64,000 nt of DNA from Candidatus Scalinduaceae bacterium (GTDB lineage: Bacteria > Planctomycetota > Brocadiia > Brocadiales > Scalinduaceae), in assembly GCA_046759445.1 (NCBI GenBank), contig JBHICG010000006.1:36945-100944 (forward strand). The letters run 5' to 3'. This document shows, piece after piece, positions 10,207-20,100 of this stretch. Position numbers and translations under genes: made by a program. Below the pieces are notes generated by a model. It ran no database searches. It was not told the origin of the DNA and was given only the letters and a program-made list of their open reading frames with translations. Each line of letters begins with the position of its first letter. Positions within the stretch are counted from its first letter, which is position 1.

Positions 10207-11574
10207 TTAAAACGGGTGTGGCCTGTGCGTACCCAGGGTAAATGTTGCCTGTAATGTTAATGCGTTATCCCCTTCTTCTATAGGCGTAACAACGGAGTTT
10301 CTCTCAGAATGCATATATTCCAATCTCAAACGCATAAATTCACTTTGCCAGAAGGTCAGGTATGGAGAGATTGACCATTCACTGTCCTTGCTATTCGTTG
10401 GAAACTGCGAGTAATCAAATCTTAGTCCGGCAAAGAGCCTGCGTGTAAGCTGATATTCACTAAATGTGTAAAAACCGTAACCATCAATATCTTTAACGTC
10501 TATAATAGCACCCGTGGCATCAAAACTGCCTAATTCTCTCTGACTTGCAAAGAGTTCAGTTTGCCAGATGAATGATTTATAAAGTTTCTTACCTGGAGGT
10601 CTCCATCTAAATGTAAGATCAATGCCTTCCATTGTGTGCCTGAAATTCCTTTTCGTAATCGTTGTTTTTTCTATATCGCTTATATCTCGTGTTTGAAAGC
10701 TTAATCCCAGCTCAAGATTAGAGCTATCTGTGATATCAAAATAATTCCTGAGATGCGCCAGATATATTTGATCCTTACCTTTAATACCTTCATCTGAAGG
10801 AGTGAGGATTTCAAAAGTTAACTCAGAGTATATGTCCCATGGGTTTGGCATAATCTTGCTTATTGATATCCCTGGCTCTTTTTGACCTTCTTCACCCAAA
10901 AAATTCTTTATTGGTTTTGGGTAATCAACCTGGGAAATCTCTGGTCTATGGGTCTTGTTTATTTTTCCAAAACTTGTTCTAAAGATGCCTGCCTTTGCCT
11001 GTAACCCCCACGGTAAGGTAAGCAGTGTTACGTATCCTTCTTCAATGCTTGGAGCGCCTCCGTCTTCGGATGAAAAGAAGAAATCTGCACGAGCATAGGG
11101 GTCCAATACACCCTGTAAGCCCAATTCTACTTCCCTCAAGCTTATGCTATCTGCAAATTCATTTTCAGTGAATGGGTTATTTGCGCGTCCTTCATCGATG
11201 CTTTTTCCGGGCCAGGTAATATTACCAACGGTATCACCAATAACACTGATATCTGGTAACAACATTTGCCACATCCCACCACCTGTACGCCCGGACACAT
11301 AAGAGATTATGGATTTTTCATTATTTTCTTCCATTAACAATTCCAGCTCTTTTTCCAAAACTTCGTCGTTTTCTGTTTTGGTATTTTTTGACTCAAGTTT
11401 TGCAATCTTATTTTCCAACTCATTAATTTTCACATCATATTCTCTTTTCATGTCCTCAATCAGAATCTGAAGATTATGGATTCTTTGGTCAGTTGTGTCC
11501 TGATTTGCCAGAACGATTTTGGGCATAGAGAAAGCGAAAATAAGACAAATCATGTAAATGTATAGTTTTCTCAT
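10207..11574 (-). CDS. Putative outer-membrane beta-barrel porin linked to metal uptake
   Basis: Signal peptide, coiled coil, amphipathic beta strands, C-terminal GTHRPHPF; directly upstream of the ABC genes. Confidence 0.75.
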   Translation of the reverse strand: MRKLYIYMICLIFAFSMPKIVLANQDTTDQRIHNLQILIEDMKREYDVKINELENKIAKLESKNTKTENDEVLEKELELLMEENNEKSIISYVSGRTGGGMWQMLLPDISVIGDTVGNITWPGKSIDEGRANNPFTENEFADSISLREVELGLQGVLDPYARADFFFSSEDGGAPSIEEGYVTLLTLPWGLQAKAGIFRTSFGKINKTHRPEISQVDYPKPIKNFLGEEGQKEPGISISKIMPNPWDIYSELTFEILTPSDEGIKGKDQIYLAHLRNYFDITDSSNLELGLSFQTRDISDIEKTTITKRNFRHTMEGIDLTFRWRPPGKKLYKSFIWQTELFASQRELGSFDATGAIIDVKDIDGYGFYTFSEYQLTRRLFAGLRFDYSQFPTNSKDSEWSISPYLTFWQSEFMRLRLEYMHSERNSVVTPIEEGDNALTLQATFTLGTHRPHPF

Positions 11575-11705
11575 ATTAATCCTCCATCCTCATATAATAC
11601 TTGACGGTATACGAGATTCTTTTATGAAATGAATACTTATCAGTTTAAGTCCAATGGATGTAAATAGTAAGTGAGAAGTATCTTAGCAGTCTTATACGTG
11701 ATTAA

Positions 11706-12101
11706 TTAAGAAATGGTTGATGGTGGGCTGCGTGGATTGTTTATGCTTGCTTTGGAGGAGAAGTAAACCAGTTGATCATATTTAAAGGACCTGGATGCAT
11801 CCGGTATTATGTGTGATTTGTTTGGAGATATTTGAAACCTTTTAGGCGTATTCTTGAGCCATTTGCATATACTGCATTCGTCTGCGCTGTGGTCGTTGTA
11901 GCAGAGAATTGGTTTCTTGTTGCACGTATTATTACCATTTAAATCAGTTTTCTCTGGATGATTGCTATCAGAATAGTGTGTGTGATATGCCGTCTCATCG
12001 AATGCATGGAATCCACCCGCAGTTATGCAAAGAATGAAGTAGGGAACCAGTACTAATATGGATAACTTTTTAAAGCGTTGTTTTGACTTGAAAGTGTACA
12101 T
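11706..12101 (-). CDS. DUF2946-like leader protein (hydrophobic N-terminus, His-rich, CxxC, C-terminal RSPP)
   Basis: HAF...HTH...HSADECSIC...PRSPP; first gene of the metal uptake operon. Confidence 0.7.
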   Translation of the reverse strand: MYTFKSKQRFKKLSILVLVPYFILCITAGGFHAFDETAYHTHYSDSNHPEKTDLNGNNTCNKKPILCYNDHSADECSICKWLKNTPKRFQISPNKSHIIPDASRSFKYDQLVYFSSKASINNPRSPPSTIS

Positions 12102-12195
12102 AACATAAACTACAATGTCGTTTACATTTATATATATGCTATTTAAGGTAATATATTTTTTTTATTTGTCAAACACTTTCTAAAATAATTTTAAA

Positions 12196-12343
12196 GGGGT
12201 ATGCACTTGACTGACCTGAAATTTCCATAAGATATTGATCATGCATAAATTAATGGTAATAATTGGACAATCGGCCTAAAAACACCTTAACTTTTTTTTC
12301 AAGTGCTTACGATTTAATTGGGTCAGTCAAGTGCATACCCCCG
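12196..12343. mobile_element. MITE-like element with 21-bp perfect terminal inverted repeats
   Basis: GGGGTATGCACTTGACTGACC (12196-12216) and GGTCAGTCAAGTGCATACCCC (12321-12341); TAATTTTAAA direct repeats at 12186-12195 and 12344-12353. Confidence 0.75.
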
Positions 12344-12352
12344 TAATTTTAA

Positions 12353-13015
12353 ATGGAACAGGAAGAAACAAATATCAGGCTTAAAGTAAGGCATATATGT
12401 AATGAACTAAAAGAGCATTTGCCGTTTACGGTTATTAGTTCGATTGCAGCCATCATCCTTGTTGGAATAATGACGGTATTAGAGTTCACGTTAAAAGAAG
12501 ACCTTATTACACAGGGTTCTCAAAGATTATTCCACATCTTCCATCCAGTCCATATACTTTTTAGCGCAACTGCTACTTCTGCAATGTTTTGGCATTATGA
12601 AAAGAGGTTAATAAAGGCTGTTATTCTTGGCCTTACGGGTTCTATCCTGGCATGTGGGATTAGCGACGTAATTATCCCATTTTGTTCTGGTTTTGTTCTC
12701 GGCAGGAGCTTTGAATTTCATATGTGCATTATGGATCATCCATTGATAGTCTTGCCATTTGTAACCATGGGGATTTTTATTGGACTCATAGCGATGGAGA
12801 AGGTTGAAAAAACAACCTTTTATTCTCACTCGGGCCATGTCTTTGTGAGCAGTATGGCTTCCTTGCTCTATCTCATCTCGTTTGGGTTGGTGGATTGGTT
12901 TAATTATGTGGGAAGTGTATTCATCATCATCATAATAGCCGTAATCATACCATGCTGTACGAGTGATATTATCTTTCCTTTATTATTTGCAAAAGAGGGA
13001 AAGTGCAGAGAGTAA
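12353..13015 (+). CDS. Multi-TM membrane protein rich in His/Cys (possible metal transporter)
   Basis: About 6 hydrophobic helices; HLPFT, FHIFHPVH, CGISD, HMCIMDHP, SHSGH, PCCTSD; divergent from the metal importer. Confidence 0.75.
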   Translation: MEQEETNIRLKVRHICNELKEHLPFTVISSIAAIILVGIMTVLEFTLKEDLITQGSQRLFHIFHPVHILFSATATSAMFWHYEKRLIKAVILGLTGSILACGISDVIIPFCSGFVLGRSFEFHMCIMDHPLIVLPFVTMGIFIGLIAMEKVEKTTFYSHSGHVFVSSMASLLYLISFGLVDWFNYVGSVFIIIIIAVIIPCCTSDIIFPLLFAKEGKCRE

Positions 13016-13031
13016 TAAATACGGGAAGTGT
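12953..13031 (+). repeat. 79-bp direct repeat, copy 1 (3' end of the membrane protein gene)
   Basis: Matches 14119-14197 with 5 mismatches. Confidence 0.92.
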
Positions 13032-13058
13032 TGTCCCTGTTTTCCACTGTTTTCCAGT

Positions 13059-13406
13059 TCAAAGTGGTAAATATTGAATTCTATTCAGTAAGTCTTCAGG
13101 GCCGCCCGCTTTTGCAATGATCTCCAAATCGCGAACGCAAGATCCAATTGAAACACGTAATTGGTGAGCATAGATAATACCGTGGAAAGATGCACCAGTT
13201 CTTTACCGCTTTGTTGCTTCTTGCAGTAGATTATAATCTCTGGTGAATAACACACGCCCCAATTCACTTGCACGATCTAGTAGTTCTGGATCATTCACAT
13301 CAGTTGCGCCGTCTTCAAAGGCGGTGATAATGTTCACCCCACGTGCTCTTAGTCCGTCCGTTATCGCGCGAGGCACATTATGATCCATGTAAAGTTAGAT
13401 TGCCAT
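13059..13406 (-). pseudogene. DUF5615/VapC45-like PIN toxin with two in-frame TAA stops
   Basis: MAI*LYMDHNVPRAI...LFTRDYNLLQEATKR*RTGASFHGIIYAHQLRVSIGSCVRDLEIIAKA...IQYLPL; ATG overlaps the antitoxin stop (TAATG). Confidence 0.85.
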
Positions 13407-13720
13407 TATATTAGCTTCTTGGCTTTTAGTCTGGCAACAAGTGGCGTTGGTTTTGTTGCTTTTCTCATTTGATCCACTTGCTTTAATTGTTGTTCAATTT
13501 CTTGATCAAGCTCTTTCTGATGATCAGAGTAGTAAGCCAAGGCTGAGTATATTTGGCCTAATGTGAGATGAAGGTGTTGATATTGGAGCTCTTCGGGGCT
13601 CCAACCATAGGCAATCTTATCGAGGATGAGTTCAATTACTTTCATTTTAGTACCCACAATAATCGGTACTTTTTCTTCATTGATGATGATGTGTTGGTAT
13701 TTTGTTTCACCGATTGGTAT
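13406..13720 (-). CDS. DUF433 antitoxin; natural start appears mutated to ATA (13720)
   Basis: YQHIIINEEKVPIIVGTKMKVIEL...GWSPEEL...LTLGQIYSALAYYSDH; SD GGAG 7 nt before the in-frame ATA. Confidence 0.8.
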   Translation of the reverse strand: MPIGETKYQHIIINEEKVPIIVGTKMKVIELILDKIAYGWSPEELQYQHLHLTLGQIYSALAYYSDHQKELDQEIEQQLKQVDQMRKATKPTPLVARLKAKKLI

Positions 13721-14118
13721 TTATAAACTCCCTGAATGTGTTAAATACTATTCTGTCCCACTACACATCAACTAACTTACACGTTGAAATTATAATTTGC
13801 AAGGAAAATTGAATCTATAAGTTCAATTAAAAGTATTGACCAGAAAAACTGTCTGAATATTTCAAGATTTGCCAGTAGAAGTTACAAGGTTTTTAATTAT
13901 TATTTTTATTGTTTTCTCTCAACTCGTTTGATAGTGCGTATTATGGTAAAGTAGTGAACACCTAAATATTCTGCAGTCTCATTCAATGTATAGCCATAAC
14001 TAACATATGCTTTGTAAATGATTTTATCCTTCATTTTTCGTCCTTATATTTATCTTCTGGAAGTAATTTGTCAAATGTTGGCAAAATATTTGTGGTATTG
14101 CAAGACTTTATAATCCAA

Positions 14119-14197
14119 TGTTGTACCAGTGATATTATCTTTCCTTTGCTTTTTGCAAAAGAGGGAAAGTGCAGAGAGTAATAAATACGGGAAGTGT
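14119..14197 (+). repeat. 79-bp direct repeat, copy 2 (orphan gene 3' end)
   Basis: Encodes the same CCTSDIIFPLLFAKEGKCRE* as copy 1. Confidence 0.92.
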
Positions 14198-14246
14198 CGC
14201 TTTTTTCCAACCTGTCGTCAGGTTGACACGAAAGTTAGAGCCACAA

Positions 14247-15188
14247 TTACCCACCAACCTTTTGATATGCCATCTCTATAAATTGCTTTGCAGTTTCAAA
14301 GTCTTCTTCCGACTTAACAGTTATTTCAAAGCTACCTGTACCGAAATGTCCTATATTAGTTACATCTCTTGAAATCGGTGGCGGGTCTTCGATTTCATTT
14401 GGATTTAGCTTAAGGTACAGGAGAACTTTTTGCTTATGTACTTCCATGCACATAATGTTTTGTGAGATTTTGTAAGCTACATAGAGTTTCTTTGGAGTTT
14501 CTTCTATTTGAGGATCCAAACCCAAAGTGAACTCCTGAATCATTTGTACAACATCTCTTATCTTTTCTGGCTTACCTTTAATGTGCTGTTTAAATGTGTA
14601 AATTCCAGTTGCCCGAGTCATTGCGGCCTTCTTGCCTGCGGAGACCATAACAGGATTTTTATCTGCGCCGTCAGAACTAATAGGTGTGTAGCCCTTTTGA
14701 AAAATCTGCTCCAAATAAAGCGTTGAGTTCTTGAACAGCCGATATTTCCAAAGTTCGATATTGATTCCCATTAATTGGACGGCGTGCAAGTCATACCTTT
14801 TGTAGTTTGGCGCAATACAGATTACTCTAATATCTGACCAATCTATCTCAACATTATTTCCTAACTTCTTCTGAACGGCAATTTCAAAATCGCCACGGTG
14901 GTCGTAAAGCCAGGAAAGATAAAAAAGACTTTGGTTGATTAGTTCGGACAACTCTACTTTTTTATATTCGATAATCACTGGGTTGTTATCTTCGGAAATT
15001 GCTAGAGAATCAATCCTACCTGCATGCTGTTGGCCAGTTGCAAATTCTGACGACACAAACCGACAATTGAACACGGGTTGAAGATTTGTTTCAATTAGAT
15101 TTTGCAGAACTTTTTCGCTGTTGAAATCGGTTTGCTCAATTGGACTCAGTTGTCCGTTGTTTATTTCAAAGATTGGCATGACGAACAT
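14247..15188 (-). CDS. NucS-like PD-(D/E)xK nuclease domain + DUF5655 domain protein
   Basis: E..LQNLIE.NL, GRIDSLA...VIIEYK, Q.LFY.SW; C-terminal KKLYVAYK...RDVTNIGHFGTG. Confidence 0.78.
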   Translation of the reverse strand: MFVMPIFEINNGQLSPIEQTDFNSEKVLQNLIETNLQPVFNCRFVSSEFATGQQHAGRIDSLAISEDNNPVIIEYKKVELSELINQSLFYLSWLYDHRGDFEIAVQKKLGNNVEIDWSDIRVICIAPNYKRYDLHAVQLMGINIELWKYRLFKNSTLYLEQIFQKGYTPISSDGADKNPVMVSAGKKAAMTRATGIYTFKQHIKGKPEKIRDVVQMIQEFTLGLDPQIEETPKKLYVAYKISQNIMCMEVHKQKVLLYLKLNPNEIEDPPPISRDVTNIGHFGTGSFEITVKSEEDFETAKQFIEMAYQKVGG

Positions 15189-15225
15189 TACCTTTCATTT
15201 ATCTCACCGTCTTTCTCAATAGCTC

Positions 15226-15286
15226 TAATGGACGTAGCTAACCTGTACCTAAGGTTGTCAGCTGAACCATTTAGTTGCGTCCATTA
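15226..15286. repeat. Imperfect hairpin upstream of the nuclease gene (attC-like size)
   Basis: TAATGGACGTAGCTAA ... TTAGTTGCGTCCATTA. Confidence 0.6.
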
Positions 15287-15467
15287 CAGTCGACACGTAA
15301 GCGTCGGCTATTACTTTTATATTTATTCTATATTTGTTGGCATGTTATCGTAATAAATAGCGCAATTTTATACTTTATTAGACTCTATAGGATTGTGGAT
15401 TGGAGAATATAGGTTCAGAAAAAGCCAAATAAGAAATCTAAAATTCATATCTTATTCAGTATAAGAG

Positions 15468-16751
15468 TTATTTATTTGACTCGTCATGGTGGTGAATACC
15501 AAATAGCTTTTTTATAGTTTCCACATATTGGTATCCACCTCCGTTTTTGGCATGTTCTTTTCCTACCTTGGCAGGCCTATGGAGGATTTTATTAAGTGTT
15601 CGCTGCATCGAATAAACTATCTGTTCCCATTCTTCATGTGCAATGTTTCTCAATTTTGGTCTTAATCGTTCAAGTTCTTTTTCACCTATGTTATGGAAGT
15701 GAGTCCTTAATTGGGCAATAGCGGGTTTAATCTTTAACTCTTCAAACCACGCCATGTATTTTTCTACTTCCTTGTTGATAATCTCCTGACACTTTTCAAA
15801 CTCTTTTCCTCTTTCATCCATGTTTTTGTTTACGACAGTTTGTAAATCATCTATGTTATACAGGTATACGTTGCAAATCTTTGATATTTCTGGATGTATG
15901 TCCCTGGGTACAGCAATGTCTATCAAAAACATAGGGTTGCCTCTACGAATCTTAATAGCATTCCTTATATGGTCTGTATGAATTACATAATGAGGGGCAG
16001 AAGTGGAGCTGATGATTATGTCAGCCTGATGGAGATAGTCATTAAGCGAATTATAATTAAGCGCCTTTCCCTGGTATTCATCTGCAAGGGCCTTTGCTCT
16101 ATCAAAATTTCTATTAGCGACCATTACTGTTTTAGTGCCGCGTTCTATGAGGTGTTTTAGGACAAGTTCACACATCTCTCCAGCGCCAATTATAAATACC
16201 GTCTTATCGGAGAAATCCTTGAATATCTTGACGGCAAATTCTACGGCCACAGAACTTACAGAAACCTTACCTTTGCTGATTCCTGTTCGTGTATGTATTT
16301 CCTTGGCGACGTTCAGGGCTCGCTGAAATAGTTGGTTCAATATGTTGCCTGTTGTTTCTAAAGAAGCTGACGTCATATAAGCGTCTTTTACCTGCGAGAG
16401 TATTTGAGATTCGCCTACTACCATGGAATCCAGGCTGGATGCAACAAAGAATAAATGTTTGACGGCATTTAAATTTTGGTAATGATAAATATGGTCGGCG
16501 AAATTCTCTTTTGGTAATCCATGAAATGCAGAAAGGAAGTCTATTAGAGACTCTTTGTTTAAACAATCATTGGGTGAAGTGCCGTAAACTTCAACGCGAT
16601 TACAGGTGGAGAGTATTACGGCTTCTGACGATGGGAAAGACTGTGTAAGGGAAGATAACGCTATTGGTATTGCAGATTCTTTAAAGGCAAGCGTTTCCCT
16701 TATTTCTAAAGGAGCAGATTTATGATTAAGCCCTATAGCATGTAAGTTCAT
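15468..16751 (-). CDS. hemA: Glutamyl-tRNA reductase
   Basis: LSTCNRVE, SLDSMVVGESQI, GAGEM, DIAVPRD. Confidence 0.96.
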   Translation of the reverse strand: MNLHAIGLNHKSAPLEIRETLAFKESAIPIALSSLTQSFPSSEAVILSTCNRVEVYGTSPNDCLNKESLIDFLSAFHGLPKENFADHIYHYQNLNAVKHLFFVASSLDSMVVGESQILSQVKDAYMTSASLETTGNILNQLFQRALNVAKEIHTRTGISKGKVSVSSVAVEFAVKIFKDFSDKTVFIIGAGEMCELVLKHLIERGTKTVMVANRNFDRAKALADEYQGKALNYNSLNDYLHQADIIISSTSAPHYVIHTDHIRNAIKIRRGNPMFLIDIAVPRDIHPEISKICNVYLYNIDDLQTVVNKNMDERGKEFEKCQEIINKEVEKYMAWFEELKIKPAIAQLRTHFHNIGEKELERLRPKLRNIAHEEWEQIVYSMQRTLNKILHRPAKVGKEHAKNGGGYQYVETIKKLFGIHHHDESNK

Positions 16752-16773
16752 TTTGCTTTGAATCTTATTAAGT

Positions 16774-17667
16774 TTAAAATTCTATCTTTGCCAAACCAGC
16801 ATCTTCAGATGGTATCTTTTGTTCGAGTTTAAGGGGACTCTTTACGTAAGCGTGTTTAGACCCCATTAAAAATGGAGCTACAAACGTAAGCAGCACAATA
16901 ATAAAGCCCGTTATCGTAACACATGCAATTCTTGTCCCATGAAAAGAAGCTCCTAGTCTTATATGCAATAATGCCGCATAAATTAACCATGTAAGCGCTC
17001 CCAACAGCACTTTGGAATCCAGATACCAGAGATCACCCAATATATTGGACGTCTTTGCCCAGATTGTGCCTGTAACAAGACCAATCGTTAGAAGGGGGAA
17101 ACCAAAAGTAATAGTCTTCCACATTAATGTATCTAAAGTCTCAAGAGAAGGTAGACTATTGAAAAGTCGACCAAAGTCTTTTGTTTTTAATTGTCTTTCC
17201 TGAGCCAAATACATTACGCTTAATATAAATGAAACGGTAAAAGCGGCATATCCCAGGAAAATTGGGATTATATGTGCAAATTGCCAAAATCTTGCTAAAT
17301 CATTTGATAGAGTTAGATCATTTCTTATGAGTGGGAAGGCTGCAATGGAAGATAAAGTGGCTATTGGAATTATAAAAAAAGTAAGCGATGGTAATTTATA
17401 CAAATATTTGATGATGACAGAAATTATGACAACTAAAAATAGAAAAAAAACGGATGATTCAAAAAGAGTATTTATGGGTAGGTTTCCAGATATTGAACTG
17501 AGTATTATCAGATATGCGCCGTGGAAAAACAGACCTGATAGGACAAAAAAGCTTGTCAGTCTTTTATTGAATTTATCTGGATTGAATATGGCGCCAATTT
17601 CCCATATAGAATCAAGAAGATAAAACAAGATTGCTATAATAAAAATATATTGCGTATGATCGAACAT
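16774..17667 (-). CDS. ccsA: Cytochrome c biogenesis protein (CcsA/HemX-like)
   Basis: Multi-TM; conserved His, LPSLETLD, GTIWA...W..D.K (WWD-like). Confidence 0.85.
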   Translation of the reverse strand: MFDHTQYIFIIAILFYLLDSIWEIGAIFNPDKFNKRLTSFFVLSGLFFHGAYLIILSSISGNLPINTLFESSVFFLFLVVIISVIIKYLYKLPSLTFFIIPIATLSSIAAFPLIRNDLTLSNDLARFWQFAHIIPIFLGYAAFTVSFILSVMYLAQERQLKTKDFGRLFNSLPSLETLDTLMWKTITFGFPLLTIGLVTGTIWAKTSNILGDLWYLDSKVLLGALTWLIYAALLHIRLGASFHGTRIACVTITGFIIVLLTFVAPFLMGSKHAYVKSPLKLEQKIPSEDAGLAKIEF

Positions 17668-18118
17668 CGTTTATGATAATTTTGTGTTAATAATTAAAAA
17701 TTAAGTTTATAAAATAATTAGAAATTAATCAAACGAAAAAACCCCATAATTTTTTTTATAAATACTAAGGAATTGGGAAGATACATTGGAGGCGTTGTCT
17801 ATGATCACGAAGTTGTTGTGCTACTACGGTTATTAGATGAGTATAAGATAAATAAAGAAGTGTATGTTCGTGCCGCTTGCGGCGGCACGAATGGACGCGA
17901 GCTGTAACCATTGATCCCCGTTAGATGGTGAGAAGTATAACAATTAGCAGAAGTATTTTAAATAAAACATATATGAAGAGCAGGGCATCTTTTCAGGTTA
18001 ATCATTCGAGCCGCCTGTTTTCGCAGTAGTAATTGATTTTCCATTCACATCTGTGCATAAACTAAAGCGGCTTTTTTAGGCTTATCTCATATGTTGCCAT
18101 AAGGGATTCACTTACTAT

Positions 18119-18820
18119 CTATCCAAAAAAGCTTACCCTCAATGTTAATAATAGTATCTTTAAATCAAGAATCCAGCACATCTTCTTTATATAAAGTATG
18201 TCATAATGGAGTTTTTTCTGTACATCACGAATTGTTTCATCATATCTATTGTAGCATTGAGCTAGACCTGTTATTCCAGGCTTTATCGATAATCGTTTAG
18301 TGTAGCCGGGTATATTTTCTTTGAATTTTTTTACATAAAACGGTCTTTCCGGTCTTGGTCCGACAATACTCATTTCACCCCTTATCACATTAATAAATTG
18401 TGGCAATTCATCTAAATGTGATTTCCTGAGAAATTTCCCAAAGAAGGTTATTCTTGTGTCGTTTCTTCCCGCCCAAACAGGACCGGTTTTTGATTCAGCA
18501 TTTACACACATTGTCCTAAATTTGATTATCTCAAATATGCGTCCATCTTTACCTACCCTTTCCTGTCCGTAAAATATTGGGCCTGACGAGGTCAGTTTTA
18601 TTATTATTCCGATTAAAAGAAACAACGGTGATGTGATTAATAATCCAATAATTGAGACGAAGAAATCCGAAAACGGCTTTAATTGACTATATCCATGCCT
18701 CATAAAATGGATAAAAAAGCCTGAAATTAATGTAAGAATTTGACTGATTGTAGGTATTATCAATAAACGCTTATGATATTTATTATGAGTATTGTGAAAA
18801 ATAAATTTAAGAATTTTCAT
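18119..18820 (-). CDS. Bacterial sugar transferase (priming phosphoglycosyltransferase)
   Basis: KFRTM, LDELPQFINV..GEMSIVGPRPERP, KPGITGLAQ. Confidence 0.93.
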   Translation of the reverse strand: MKILKFIFHNTHNKYHKRLLIIPTISQILTLISGFFIHFMRHGYSQLKPFSDFFVSIIGLLITSPLFLLIGIIIKLTSSGPIFYGQERVGKDGRIFEIIKFRTMCVNAESKTGPVWAGRNDTRITFFGKFLRKSHLDELPQFINVIRGEMSIVGPRPERPFYVKKFKENIPGYTKRLSIKPGITGLAQCYNRYDETIRDVQKKLHYDILYIKKMCWILDLKILLLTLRVSFFG

Positions 18821-18861
18821 ATTGAATATCCACTTGGTTTAAAATATATTGTTTTGGTAAT

Positions 18862-19200
18862 TTAAACAAATAATTTAAGTTTTTCTTTGAATTTCAAAGC
18901 AACTCCCAATCCTTTGGCATGTTTATTTGAATTTATCTTTTCTGTTCTGACAACTACTCCTGTTCCAGTAAGCCTGATTAATTTACTAGGTAGTCCGCGT
19001 GTACTAGTAGTTGTATATATTTCAATATTTATTGTTTTTCCTGTAAAATAGCATTTGTCATCATTTGCTATTACTTCAAAATAGACACCGCCTGGGCTAA
19101 TGTTCTTTGATTTAACTTTATTGTCAAGTAACTTCATTGGCAGTGATAGTTCTAATCTTTTCTCAGCTCGTCTTTCAATCCCTTTAGCTGCGTTTTTCAC
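18862..19200 (-). CDS. PilZ domain protein
   Basis: ERRAEKR, NISPGG, GVVVR...GVALKF. Confidence 0.8.
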   Translation of the reverse strand: MKNAAKGIERRAEKRLELSLPMKLLDNKVKSKNISPGGVYFEVIANDDKCYFTGKTINIEIYTTTSTRGLPSKLIRLTGTGVVVRTEKINSNKHAKGLGVALKFKEKLKLFV

Positions 19201-20100
19201 TATCTCACCTTTGCATTAAATATTATATTATTTTGTTAATAAGCTAGATAAGATCTTAATTATGTTTAGATTTATATATACACAATAATCTATTATATTT
19301 AATGCATGACTCGCTGTACCTTTGATTAGCTATATTTATCAGAATTTAACATTATAATGCGAACTAGATAATTATGAGGTGTAACGTCAACCCACCCCTT
19401 ACTTTATCTTTTTTTTAATGCTTGATTTCAAACATTGTCTCTGTGCGAATTACATTTACATAAAGGAAATAGCAAAACAAAAAGGACGTAATATATAGTT
19501 AATCTAGAAATATTTTTGTTCAAATTTCTTTATATGTTATATGAATTACACAATTCCTGTACCATTAATGTATTCAATGGCAAATTGAATTTTAAGTTAT
19601 TTAAATCATTTATCTTAAGATTTGATTTGTTCGTATGATGACAAGGAAAGAGAATTATACCTTTAGATTAAAATGTTTATTAAAATCAACATAGTGAATT
19701 GTGTTTGCTCCATTATGATTTAAGTACTTATTTTGTATAAAGAAAAGTATGTATACTATCCATTACAACAATCAATAATATTTGACATAAAATTCGATAT
19801 AAATAAGGTGCTCTTATAGGATTTTAAAAAATGTCATGGAGGGTGTTAGACAGTCTATGACAGACATAGAATGTGTTGCACATGAAGACAGAGGAAACAA
19901 AATTACAGAGTGAGCGGCATAAATTATAAGATAAGGATAACGACTTTCCTTATTATGGATTTATTAAAACTCAATCATGCTAATTGTGGAGGAAAATATG
20001 CGCTCTGAATTCTACAACTTAAGATTTGGAAGACTTGAGAAATGTATGTTTGTTTTTGATCATTTAAAAAACATTCAGTTCGTGTAAAACACAAAATGGA

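Noticed and set aside
13059..13406. Stop-codon recoding in the PIN toxin
   Set aside because: Both stops are TAA, which terminates many intact genes in this window; pseudogenisation is simpler
14169..14372. 67-aa ORF at the second repeat copy
   Set aside because: Starts off-frame inside the duplicated gene end and runs antisense into the nuclease gene
17867..18080. Structured ncRNA (e.g. 6S-like) between ccsA and the sugar transferase
   Set aside because: Hairpins are present (TTCGTGCCGC/GCGGCACGAA; AGCCGC/GCGGCT), but no family could be recognised; they may be REPs or terminators
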